A DNA stretch of 32,000 bases from Moraxella nasovis. Lineage in GTDB: Bacteria; Pseudomonadota; Gammaproteobacteria; Pseudomonadales; Moraxellaceae. How positions within the stretch are numbered: the first letter of the stretch is position 1; the number at the start of each line of letters is the position of its first letter. The notes beneath the pieces are model-generated. The model saw only the letters and a program-made list of their open reading frames with translations. It was not told where the DNA came from and did no database searches. The stretch is taken from contig NZ_CP089976.1 in assembly GCF_022701215.1 (NCBI RefSeq), positions 1,020,001 through 1,052,000 of the forward strand, given 5' to 3'. Shown here in pieces: positions 1 through 8,511 of the stretch. A program made the position numbers and the translations under genes.

Positions 1-900
1 GGACTGCCACATGCCGAAATTTACGCCTTAAATGACGCTAAAGCACATGGGTATGATATAAAAGGAGCGACTGCGTATGTAACGCTTGAGCCGTGTAGTC
101 ATTATGGGCAAACCCCACCTTGTAGTAAAGCACTGATAGAAAGTGGTATCAATAAGGTGATTATCGCTACTTTTGATCCTAATCCGCAAGTGGCAGGTCG
201 TGGCATATCTATGCTACAAAATGCAGGTATTGACACGCAAATAGGCGTGTGTGAGCGTGAAGCACGCAAGCTTAATGCAGGGTTTTTAAAGGCGATGGCA
301 ACAGGTTTGCCATATGTACGCGTCAAAATTGCCACAAGCCTAGATGGCCGCACAGCGATGGCAAGCGGTGAGTCAAAATGGATTACAGGTGAGATGGCAC
401 GAATAGATGTGCAAAAGCTTCGTGCTAGAAGTGGGGCTATTATTACAGGTTCAAGGACGGTTTTGGCGGACAATCCTGCATTAACGGTTCGTCTTGACAC
501 GCTTGATTTGGTAAATATTTCGCCACCTAAAATTGTGGTGATGGACAGAACGGGTAAATTAAAAAATACCGATAATTATCAGGTATTTAACAATAAAAAC
601 ACCCTACTTTGGCAAGATGATATTAAGAGTTTGCTGCAAACATTAGTAAGTGAGTATCAATGCTATGACGTGCTTGTAGAGGCAGGCAGTACACTTGCCA
701 CGAGTTTTTTGATAGCAGGATTTGTTGATGAGCTGATTGTGTATCAAGCCCCTTGTTTGCTTGGTAAAACAGCAAGGGCGATGTTTGATGGTAAATTTGA
801 TCAGTTAGCCGACAGATTAAGCTTTAATTTAGAGAGCTGTGAGCGATTAGGTGATGATTTAAAAATGACATTTGGGCAAAAACCACAGTGTCGTAAATGA
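1..900 (+). CDS. ribD: Bifunctional riboflavin biosynthesis protein RibD (pyrimidine deaminase / 5-amino-6-(5-phosphoribosylamino)uracil reductase), 5' end outside the window
   Basis: Frame 1 is open from base 1 (GLPHAEIYALNDA...) and continuous with ORF 157..900. It has the deaminase zinc motif HAE...TLEPCSHYGQTPPC, followed by the reductase domain (LPYVRVKIATSLDGRTA...SKWITG). Stop TGA at 898-900. Confidence 0.93.
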   Translation, partial: GLPHAEIYALNDAKAHGYDIKGATAYVTLEPCSHYGQTPPCSKALIESGINKVIIATFDPNPQVAGRGISMLQNAGIDTQIGVCEREARKLNAGFLKAMATGLPYVRVKIATSLDGRTAMASGESKWITGEMARIDVQKLRARSGAIITGSRTVLADNPALTVRLDTLDLVNISPPKIVVMDRTGKLKNTDNYQVFNNKNTLLWQDDIKSLLQTLVSEYQCYDVLVEAGSTLATSFLIAGFVDELIVYQAPCLLGKTARAMFDGKFDQLADRLSFNLESCERLGDDLKMTFGQKPQCRK

Positions 901-1023
901 GTTATCCACAGATTTGTATTGCATAATCAAACACGCCAAAACCGCCATAAAAACATGAATAACATCTGTGGATAACTTAAATTTTAGAACGCATGTTAGA
1001 CGGCTGATGATGATATTAGGTTG

Positions 1024-1050
1024 CTAAGCCTTTTATTATCAAAGGCTTAG
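1024..1050 (+). terminator. Stem-loop downstream of ribD (possible terminator, no T-run)
   Basis: Perfect 10-bp stem ctaagccttt (1024-1033) / aaaggcttag (1041-1050) with a 7-nt loop. There is no immediate U-tract, so intrinsic-terminator function is uncertain. Confidence 0.4.
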
Positions 1051-1071
1051 AATAAACTAAGAATATTTTTA

Positions 1072-1085
1072 GTTTCACGTGAAAC
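1072..1085. repeat. Palindromic 14-mer GTTTCACGTGAAAC, copy 1 (intergenic, inside the DnaA-box region)
   Basis: Exact self-complementary 14-mer read directly at 1072-1085. Confidence 0.9.
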
Positions 1086-1344
1086 AAATTTTGATTGTGG
1101 ATAAGTTTTAAACATTATTGATGGTTACCGTGTGTATAATTAAGTTATCCACAGCATAACTTTTTAATTATCCTGATTGGTGGCTTGATGTGTATGTGAG
1201 AGTGTTAATGGTTGTGAAGACTGTTTGTTTTGACTATCATAAAATATCAATTAACCGAATGATTGATTTTTTAAATTAATAATAATCTTTAATAACAGCA
1301 TTAGTATGTATTAATAATTTAAAAAATTAAACAATGGGTAAATT

Positions 1345-2010
1345 ATGTTTACAGGCATCATAGAAACCACAGGCACGCTCACCGCCATCATCCCCACAGG
1401 TGGAGATGTGCGATTGGTCATATCTGCCCCCAAGCTTGATTTTACTGATGTGAAATTGGGTGATTCTATTGCGTCCAACGGCATCTGCTTGACGGTGGTT
1501 GCCATAGATGGGACAAGTTATGCAGTAGATGTTTCATGTGAAACTTTATCTACCACCGCTTTGGGGGTGTGGCGAGTGGGCGATACGCTCAATCTAGAAA
1601 AGGCAATGCTTCCTACCACTCGTTTTGGCGGTCATATTGTCGCAGGTCATGTGGACGGCGTGGGTAAAATCGCCAAAATCGCCAAGGACGCACGTTCGGT
1701 ATATATAGAAGTGGTGTTGCCGCCAGAGATTATGAAATACACCGCTGACAAAGGCTCTATCACTGTGGACGGCATTTCTCTTACGACCAACCGCATTAAG
1801 CACAACCAAAACATCGTCTGCCTAAATATCATACCGCATACCGCCGATATGACCAACATCGCCAAGCATTGGGCGGTGGGTCGTGCGGTCAATATAGAGG
1901 TGGATTTGGTGGCACGCTATTTGGAGCGACTTGTTTTTGGGAGAAAAGAGTGTGAAGCAAAGACAAGTAACATCACCGAAGAGTTGTTGATAAAAAGCGG
2001 TTTTTTTTAA
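1345..2010 (+). CDS. ribE: Riboflavin synthase (alpha chain)
   Basis: 221 aa. N-terminus MFTGIIETTGTL is typical of riboflavin synthase, with two lumazine-binding repeats (GDSIASNGICLTV ... GSITVDGISLTT). Confidence 0.95.
   Translation: MFTGIIETTGTLTAIIPTGGDVRLVISAPKLDFTDVKLGDSIASNGICLTVVAIDGTSYAVDVSCETLSTTALGVWRVGDTLNLEKAMLPTTRFGGHIVAGHVDGVGKIAKIAKDARSVYIEVVLPPEIMKYTADKGSITVDGISLTTNRIKHNQNIVCLNIIPHTADMTNIAKHWAVGRAVNIEVDLVARYLERLVFGRKECEAKTSNITEELLIKSGFF
1531..1544. repeat. Palindromic-word copy 2, GTTTCATGTGAAAC, inside ribE
   Basis: Read at 1531-1544. It is codon-aligned with ribE: gtt tca tgt gaa act = V S C E T. Confidence 0.9.
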
Positions 2011-2046
2011 TAAATCTTATCATAATTATCATAAAAAGAGATAAAA

Positions 2047-3036
2047 ATGACGACAAAAGACAAATTAAGGGTGGTTTTTGCGGGCACTCCCATCTTCGCC
2101 AAAGTCGCCTTGCAACAACTCATTGACGAACAAGACGCTCTTAATATTGACATCGTGGCGGTCTATACTCAGCCTGACAGAAAGGCAGGACGTGGACAAA
2201 AACTCACCGCTTCGCCTGTCAAGGAGCTTGCGACTGCCCACAATATCCCTGTGGAACAACCGATAAGTTTTAGCCTAAAACACGAGGACGGACAAGTTTC
2301 ACGTGAAACGCTCGCCAGTTATTGTCCTGATGTGATGGTGGTGTGTGCTTATGGCTTGATATTACCGCTTGGCGTGCTAAATACGCCACGCTTGGGCTGT
2401 CTTAATATCCATGCGTCCTTGCTCCCAAGATGGCGTGGAGCTGCCCCCATTCATCGGGCGATTTTGGCAGGTGATGATCAGACGGGTATTACCATCATGC
2501 AGATGAACCAAGGCTTGGATACAGGCGATATGCTCTACATGACGGCGTGTGGGATTGACGACACCGACACCACCCAAAGCCTACATGATAAACTTGCCAA
2601 GCTTGGCGGTGTGGCGATATCTTGTGTGTTCAAGGATTTGACAAATTTTCAAAAAAACGCCGTCAAACAAGATGACATTCAAGCTAATTATGCCGATAAA
2701 ATCAGCACCGAAGAAGGGCAGATCAACTGGCAAAATACAGCCAGTCAAATCAACCGACAAATCCGTGCCTTGAACGCCCATACCTTTATCCATGATGAGC
2801 GTGTCAAAATCTTATCTGCCAAACCCATCAAATCCGACCAAACCACACAAAAACCTGCTGGCACGATCGTCAGTGTGGGCAAAAATGCGGTACTGGTGGC
2901 GTGTGGGGCAGATGAACATGGCGTGCAACACCTGATTAACATCACCGCCATGCAATGGGCAGGTGGCAAACCTTTGGACGCACTGCAAATCGCTAATTCC
3001 AACAAAATCGCTGATGGGGATATATTTGGTGCTTGA
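2047..3036 (+). CDS. fmt: Methionyl-tRNA formyltransferase
   Basis: 329 aa. Motifs LRVVFAGTPIFA, DVMVVCAYGLILP and CLNIHASLLPRWRGAAPI are characteristic of Fmt. It is followed by rsmB, the conserved fmt-rsmB pair. Confidence 0.95.
   Translation: MTTKDKLRVVFAGTPIFAKVALQQLIDEQDALNIDIVAVYTQPDRKAGRGQKLTASPVKELATAHNIPVEQPISFSLKHEDGQVSRETLASYCPDVMVVCAYGLILPLGVLNTPRLGCLNIHASLLPRWRGAAPIHRAILAGDDQTGITIMQMNQGLDTGDMLYMTACGIDDTDTTQSLHDKLAKLGGVAISCVFKDLTNFQKNAVKQDDIQANYADKISTEEGQINWQNTASQINRQIRALNAHTFIHDERVKILSAKPIKSDQTTQKPAGTIVSVGKNAVLVACGADEHGVQHLINITAMQWAGGKPLDALQIANSNKIADGDIFGA
2296..2309. repeat. Palindromic-word copy 3, GTTTCACGTGAAAC, inside fmt
   Basis: Read at 2296-2309. It is codon-aligned with fmt: gtt tca cgt gaa acg = V S R E T, the same phase as the ribE copy. 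Confidence 0.9.
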
Positions 3037-4363
3037 TATTTTACACACACAAAAATCTGCCCGTGCTAAGGTCATTCACGTCATTGAGCGGATTTTGGCA
3101 GGGCAGTCGTTATCTGTTTTGCTTGATGAGTTGCTTGCAGTCGTGGGCGATGATGATAGGGGCTTTGCCCATGAGCTGACGGTTGGCACGCTCCGCCAAT
3201 GGTGGGCGTTGTCTCGTATTGGTGAGAGTCTGATTGAAAGACAGCCTACCGATCGGGGCGTGAGTGTGGCGTTAAATGTTGGCTTGTATCAGCTACTGTA
3301 CATGAGTACGCCTGATTATGCCGCCATCAATGCCACACTAGATGCCCTAAAAGAGCTGAATAAAGGCTATGGCGTGGGTTTGGTTAATGCGATATTGCGA
3401 AAAGTTGCCAACAATCCTGCCAAATTTGCCAAAAAAGTACAAAAAAACCACAGTCTACCCAACCATCTTGCCAAAATCCTAAAAAGCGACTGGCAAACCC
3501 ATTATGAGATATTAAGCCAAAATTTACGTCAGCCTGCACCGATATTTTTGCGTGTTAATACCAAGTTTGGTACGCCAGATGATTATGCCACAAGACTCAA
3601 TCACGCCAATATCGCCTGTGATGTGGTGCCTGTGGGCGTGCGTGATGAGCGGTGTATTGTATTAAAAGATAATATAAAAATCAAAGACTTGCCTGATTTT
3701 TGTGAAGGTTATGTGAGTGTACAAGACCGCCACGCTCAAATTGCAGGGCATTTGTTGGCATCTTTGAGATTGCCTAAGCACCCAAACATTCTGGACGCTT
3801 GTACCGCCCCCGGTGGGAAATTGGCTCAGATTTTGGAGCTGTCCCACAGCGGTGCATTTGATATCAAACACATGACCGCCCTTGATAGTGATGACAGACG
3901 ACTTGACCGTGTGCATAAGAATTTGGCAAGACTGCATTTGGGTGATAAGGCGGACGTGATTTGTGCGGATGCGACAACTTATCAGGCGGACATACCCTTT
4001 GATGTGATTGTACTTGACGCACCTTGCACCGCCACAGGGGTGATACGAAGACACCCTGACATCGCCCTTTTGCGGACAGAAAATGACATCATTGAGACGG
4101 TCAAATTGCAAGCACAGATTTTGGCGAATTTGTGGCAAAGTTTGGCGGTGGGGGGCTATTTGCTTTATATCACTTGTTCACTCATCAAGGCAGAAAATAC
4201 TGCACAAATAAGCAATTTTTTGACAAACACACCGAACGCTCGTGCGGTGGATATTGAACTGACCCTACCTAATCACATCAAGCAGTCTGTGGGTTATCAA
4301 TGCTTGCCATTGGATAAATATGATGGCGATGGCTTTTATTATGCCTTATTGCAAAAAATATAA
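3029..4363 (+). CDS. rsmB: 16S rRNA (cytosine967-C5)-methyltransferase RsmB
   Basis: NusB-like N-terminal domain plus SAM-MTase motifs ILDACTAPGGK, VLDAPCTATGVIRRHPD and LLYITCS, with C-terminal DGFYYALLQK. The ORF-track start at 2963 lies inside fmt. A likelier start is GTG 3029 (or TTG 3026), preceded by GGGGA and overlapping the fmt stop. Start uncertain by a few codons. Confidence 0.9.
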   Translation: MLDILHTQKSARAKVIHVIERILAGQSLSVLLDELLAVVGDDDRGFAHELTVGTLRQWWALSRIGESLIERQPTDRGVSVALNVGLYQLLYMSTPDYAAINATLDALKELNKGYGVGLVNAILRKVANNPAKFAKKVQKNHSLPNHLAKILKSDWQTHYEILSQNLRQPAPIFLRVNTKFGTPDDYATRLNHANIACDVVPVGVRDERCIVLKDNIKIKDLPDFCEGYVSVQDRHAQIAGHLLASLRLPKHPNILDACTAPGGKLAQILELSHSGAFDIKHMTALDSDDRRLDRVHKNLARLHLGDKADVICADATTYQADIPFDVIVLDAPCTATGVIRRHPDIALLRTENDIIETVKLQAQILANLWQSLAVGGYLLYITCSLIKAENTAQISNFLTNTPNARAVDIELTLPNHIKQSVGYQCLPLDKYDGDGFYYALLQKI

Positions 4364-4394
4364 AATTGTAAAAATACAAAGCATTTAAAATGTT

Positions 4395-4425
4395 AATAAA
4401 CCTTAGTTAGTCGCTAAGGTTTATT
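4395..4425. terminator. Bidirectional stem-loop between convergent rsmB and the MscS-family gene
   Basis: Perfect 12-bp stem aataaaccttag (4395-4406) / ctaaggtttatt (4414-4425) with a 7-nt loop. Both flanks are AT-rich and it sits between two convergent stop codons (4363 and 4498). Confidence 0.65.
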
Positions 4426-4497
4426 AAAATACGCTGTGAAATATTACCAAAGAGTAGTTATGGGTTAAGTATATCCAAAAATCCTTTTTTAGTATCG

Positions 4498-6552
4498 TTA
4501 TTTAGGGTGGTTAGATGGTGCATAAGGGTCTGTAAAAGGATTGTTATCTTTGAGTAATACTTTATCAGCGGGTAAAAATTTGGCGTGCTCTTGAGCAAGA
4601 TACTCAAGCATGCTTTCACGCACTTCACAAGATAACTGCCATGCATTGTTTGGTGTGCTAGATGCTACAACCCCTCGTAAAGTAATAAAATGCTCGGACA
4701 CGCCTGAGACCACAAAGGTGGGTTCATTGTCAGTGTCGCTTAATTTATGAGCCTTGGTGATTTTGATAAATTGCTCGCCGATGGCTTTTACATCTGCCCC
4801 ATAATCCACATATAGCCATACAGGATAAAGCTGGGCAGGGTCGGTGTGTGACCAGTTGCAGATAATATCGGTAACAAAATGCCGCATAGGTACAATCAAA
4901 CGACGCTCATCCCACGTCATCAGCACTGCATAGGTGTAACGCAAATCTTCCACCGTACACCACTCATCTTTAAGGGTTACCGTATCGCCAATCCGCACAG
5001 GCTGAGTGATCGCTACCTGCACGCCTGCCATGATATTACCTAAAATCGGCTGTGCAGCAATACCAATAATCGCCCCTGCAATCCCTGCTGACGTTAAAAG
5101 GGTTGTGCCAAGTCCTTTTAAGTCGGTAAACATACTTAAACCTGCGATGAAGCCTACAATAATCATCACAAAAATAAATAATCGGCGAAACAAGGATAAA
5201 TAAGTAAGTCGTCTACGTGTTTTATCAGTCTCTTCGTCATCTAAATTGTCAATGCCAAAATCCCGATAGCGATTGGCGATAAAATTGATGGTACGAATGC
5301 CAAGCCATAAAGTAAACAGCACCAACGCTACCCAAATAACCGGACGAGTAGATGAAGCAATTGGGTCAATGGGAAGTCTGCCTGATACTTGTAAGTACAC
5401 CGCCAAAAAACTCATGGTTAAGATAAATGGTACGGTGATTTTATTTGCCAAATCGGTCAAAAAATTAGACTTAGCAAAAGTATGTACTGAGCCGTGTGTG
5501 TTTTTGCTTTTGTTTTTAATTGTGGTTAAAACTGTCGTAATGACACGGCTGATGAACCATGACACCCCAAGCGATAAGGCAAAAAACAGCAACAGAGCAA
5601 TCAGCTCCCACACCTTAATCCCAAAAAGCTTACCCTTTAGCCAGTCGGCAAAAAATCGCTCAAATTCGGCAGGTTTGTGCTGGTCATAAAGCAGGTTAAT
5701 ATTTTCACTACTCGCCCCAGATAACACCCAAATCGGTGCGTCATCGCCTACTTTAACACGCTCAATATAAAGCGGTATATGACGGTCTTTGTAAGCAATA
5801 GTGCCGATTTTGATACTGCGTCTTGGCACGCCTTTTAATGGGTTTTGACTGCCGACAGTTGGTTCAATCAGTCCATCGGGTCGATCAGGTAAATCATCAA
5901 AAATATAAAGTCCGTGCTGGGTGAGTAGATAGTCTAGTTTTACCGCAAGATTAGGGGCGATTAAGGATTGCTCTTGGGCTGAATAAGCATTAAGATTTAG
6001 GGCGTAGCTTGCCAAAAAAGGGTTATCGGTTGCGATGGCGGTGCTAAAAAACTCAAGCCATGCAAGTGGTGTCGATAGATTGGGCGGTGTGTCAAGCTGG
6101 GGCAGTCCTGCATTAAAAGTCTTTAAGGGTGTGTAATATTCGTTATATTCGGTATAAGCAGCTTGGTTAAAGGGGATTTGAGTTTGGTAGGTGGGCGGGT
6201 TGTCTTGAATATTATCAGAGCCATTTAGATGGCTGGCGTTACTACGGGTTATCTTTTGGGCTTGTTTGGTGACATATTCACCAAAGTTATCAGGTTTATT
6301 AGGATTGTCTTTTGCCTGACGCTTGGCAAGCTCGTAATCGCTTGGTAATTCTTGATTGGCAAAATTATCTTTACTTGTCTGCTGCAGGGTTTGGGCGGAT
6401 ATTTGAACAGATGGTTGTGTGTGATTTAGGTGGTTTGTGTTGGCATCTTGGGCAAATGCACCAACGCAAAAGCTAACATAAGTAGTAAATAGCGTCACAA
6501 ATATGGGCTTTTGACGGTCTTTAATGAGTTTGGACAGATTTTTGTAAGTCAT
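4498..6552 (-). CDS. Mechanosensitive ion channel family protein (MscS-like) with a large N-terminal periplasmic domain
   Basis: 684 aa. Signal peptide (…CVGAFA/QD), a soluble region of about 300 aa, several TM helices, then the MscS pore/beta-domain signature (GIAAQPILGNIMAGVQVAITQPVRIGDTVTL...). Confidence 0.85.
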   Translation of the reverse strand: MTYKNLSKLIKDRQKPIFVTLFTTYVSFCVGAFAQDANTNHLNHTQPSVQISAQTLQQTSKDNFANQELPSDYELAKRQAKDNPNKPDNFGEYVTKQAQKITRSNASHLNGSDNIQDNPPTYQTQIPFNQAAYTEYNEYYTPLKTFNAGLPQLDTPPNLSTPLAWLEFFSTAIATDNPFLASYALNLNAYSAQEQSLIAPNLAVKLDYLLTQHGLYIFDDLPDRPDGLIEPTVGSQNPLKGVPRRSIKIGTIAYKDRHIPLYIERVKVGDDAPIWVLSGASSENINLLYDQHKPAEFERFFADWLKGKLFGIKVWELIALLLFFALSLGVSWFISRVITTVLTTIKNKSKNTHGSVHTFAKSNFLTDLANKITVPFILTMSFLAVYLQVSGRLPIDPIASSTRPVIWVALVLFTLWLGIRTINFIANRYRDFGIDNLDDEETDKTRRRLTYLSLFRRLFIFVMIIVGFIAGLSMFTDLKGLGTTLLTSAGIAGAIIGIAAQPILGNIMAGVQVAITQPVRIGDTVTLKDEWCTVEDLRYTYAVLMTWDERRLIVPMRHFVTDIICNWSHTDPAQLYPVWLYVDYGADVKAIGEQFIKITKAHKLSDTDNEPTFVVSGVSEHFITLRGVVASSTPNNAWQLSCEVRESMLEYLAQEHAKFLPADKVLLKDNNPFTDPYAPSNHPK

Positions 6553-6913
6553 GTCTTTTATCTTAATTGTGAGATGTTGTTAGTGTAACCATCATCATTT
6601 GGTTGCTTTTTTATTGGTTGCGTGCTGATTTTTATAGCTTAATGCTTAAAAGCTATGTGGATTATGTCAGTTTTAATTCACACACGGTTAGGTTATTTTA
6701 CCTTAAAAGATACGTTAAAACCATTAAATGCTGATACCTGCTGACATAGTAAATAGTGGTTTTTTGTCAATTTTAAAAAAAAATTTGTTATCATTGTTAT
6801 GAATTTTTATTATGATTTATTAATGTTGGTATGGATTTTTATGCCTTAAAAAAAACCTAATAGACCGTATTGGTGGCTATAAATCATTTATTTGATTTTG
6901 ACAAATTTGCAAG

Positions 6914-6978
6914 TATCAATTTCTTTACAAAGGTTATAATTTATTGATAAATCACATCTTTTTGTAAAGAAATTGATA
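6914..6978. repeat. Perfect 18-bp inverted repeat with a 29-bp spacer, 42 bp upstream of the YkvI-like pseudogene start
   Basis: tatcaatttctttacaaa (6914-6931) is the exact reverse complement of tttgtaaagaaattgata (6961-6978). The spacer contains TATAAT (6935-6940). Confidence 0.9.
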
Positions 6979-7019
6979 TCTTATGGCTATTTTATGACTA
7001 TTTTTATAAGGTATCAGAT

Positions 7020-8252
7020 ATGAATTTTAAGAAAATTATGCTCATTGCTTTATCCTATGTGGGCATTATCGTTGGTGCAGGCGTGGCATCAGGGCAAGAT
7101 ATTTTGCAGTATTTTATGAGTTTTGGTAATTGGGGTATGGTTGGGGTTGTGCTTTTGGGTCTGCTTAGTGTCATTTTTGGTGGTATTACGCTTTACCTTT
7201 GGCTCGTATTATCAAGCCCAAGATCATAGTGAGGTATTGGATAATATCGCAAGCTCATTACTTGGTAAGCTACTTGATTGGTCGCTGATTTTTACCTGTT
7301 TTGTGATTGGATTTATTATGATTTCAGGAGCAGGAGTAAGTCTTAACCAAGGCTTTGGGATTGATCGCCCGATTGGGTCGCTGCTTTGTGCTTTACTGAT
7401 TATCTTTGTGAGTATGATGGATTTAGAAAAAGTATCGGCAGCCATTGGTGTGCTTACCCCTGTCGTGCTTGTGATGATTGTGGGCTTGGCAGGTCATACG
7501 CTGGCTACAACTGATGTAGATTGGCACATATTCATGCTATCGCCACAACGAGTGTTAATCCTGCTACGCCAAGCGTCTGGGTATCTGTTATAAATTATTT
7601 TGCCTTATCTTTAATCGCTGCAGTGTCGATGGCATTCGTGCTTGGTGGCTCAGCAGTACATATCAAAAATGCCACTTGGGGTGGGGTGATTGGCGGGTTT
7701 TTGATAGGACTGACTATTGCATTGAACGCTCTTGTGATGTTTATTTAAGATTGCTGCGGTTAAGGATGCTGATATCCCAACACAGGTACTGTTTGCTAAA
7801 ATTCATCCGCTACTAGGGTCGGTGATGTCGGTGGTAATTTTTGGTATGATTTTTAATACAGCGATCAGCTTGTATTATGCTCTTGCCAAGCGATTCTCAA
7901 AAATACAAAAACAATTTAATCTGGTAAATATTGCCCTTGTGGCGGTAGGGTTTGTGCTGAGCTTTGCAGGCTTTAAGTAGCTTGTTTTTGTGATGTATCC
8001 AATCGTGGGTTATGTGGGGGTTTTGCTGCTCTGTTTGTGCTTGGTTTTGCATGGTTTAAGGAGCGTAAACAAGTGGATAAAGAACAAAAAAAAATTCGTG
8101 CTGTACTATTTCGCTTGACGCATCGCAAGCTTGCTGATGATCAAAAATTTACCAAAAATCATCAAAACAAGCTTAATGAATGGGCAAAAAAATCCAACAT
8201 TGATAATGCAGTGATTAAAAAAGCGTGCATGATATGGTTAAAAGCCGCTTAG
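7020..8252 (+). pseudogene. YkvI-family membrane protein, disrupted by multiple frameshifts and an in-frame stop
   Basis: The N-terminus MNFKKIMLIALSYVGIIVGAGVASGQDILQYF is the YkvI-type signature. The coding signal hops frames: 7020-7229 (frame 0), about 7190-7593 (frame 1), 7521-7748 (frame 0), 7750-7977 (frame 1, ending at TAG 7978-7980), then 8037-8252 (frame 0). Hydrophobic TM-like translation continues across each break. Confidence 0.8.
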
Positions 8253-8276
8253 ATTAATCTAGTCTCTTGAAAAAAT

Positions 8277-8303
8277 CCGTCCATAAAAGTGGGTGGTTTT
8301 TTT
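8277..8303 (+). terminator. Rho-independent terminator-like hairpin after the pseudogene
   Basis: Stem ccgtcca / tgggtgg (7 bp including 2 G-U pairs), 6-nt loop, then T7 (8297-8303). An A-run lies upstream. Confidence 0.55.
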
Positions 8304-8511
8304 ATGCAGTCAATCAAATGTTTTAGCGGTTGTCTTTGTCAGGTAGTGGCTATGATAAAAGAAAAAATATCATCTAAATATGGTCTAAAAATGCTTTTAA
8401 AAACGATAAAAAAGTAGAAATGTGCAAAAAGATCATAAAAACTGTGCCAATTTATCAAGATTTTGTTATGATAATCGATTAGCCTAGATTAAACGAAAAT
8501 AAGGAAAAACC

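Larger units (their letters stand above)
901..1153. promoter_or_regulatory. Cluster of four perfect consensus DnaA boxes (TTATCCACA)
   Basis: TTATCCACA at 902-910 (+) and 1145-1153 (+). Its complement TGTGGATAA at 967-975 and 1096-1104. Boxes 1 and 2 sit inside a perfect 13-bp inverted repeat, GTTATCCACAGAT (901-913) / ATCTGTGGATAAC (964-976). By eye I found no other perfect copy in the window. Confidence 0.8.

Noticed and set aside
102-500. 132-aa ORF on the minus strand inside ribD.
   Set aside because: It is antisense to a clearly conserved ribD reading frame, and its R/S/A/L/P-rich composition is typical of shadow ORFs.
901-976. The 13-bp perfect inverted repeats could be terminal repeats of a MITE or IS.
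   Set aside because: The repeat core is exactly the DnaA box consensus. Two more boxes lie outside the repeat pair. There is no target-site duplication, and no transposase gene lies between or near them.
3662-4138. 158-aa minus-strand ORF inside rsmB.
   Set aside because: It is an antisense shadow of the conserved RsmB methyltransferase domain, with no motifs and no SD.
5273-5689. 138-aa plus-strand ORF (and 5006..5203) inside the MscS-family gene.
   Set aside because: It is antisense to the TM and pore domain of the channel gene, so it is a shadow ORF.
6775-6783. Homopolymer tracts as phase-variation switches: A9 at 6775-6783, A9 at 8086-8094, T8 at 2001-2008.
   Set aside because: The first is intergenic with no clear -35/-10 spacing role. 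The second lies in an already multiply disrupted pseudogene. The third is at the last codons and stop of ribE, where slippage would change only the extreme C-terminus.
6799-6849. 16-codon hydrophobic mini-ORF (MNFYYDLLMLVWIFMP) in the mscS/ykvI spacer.
   Set aside because: It has no SD, lies in DNA with over 75% A+T where such ORFs arise by chance, and has no supporting signal.
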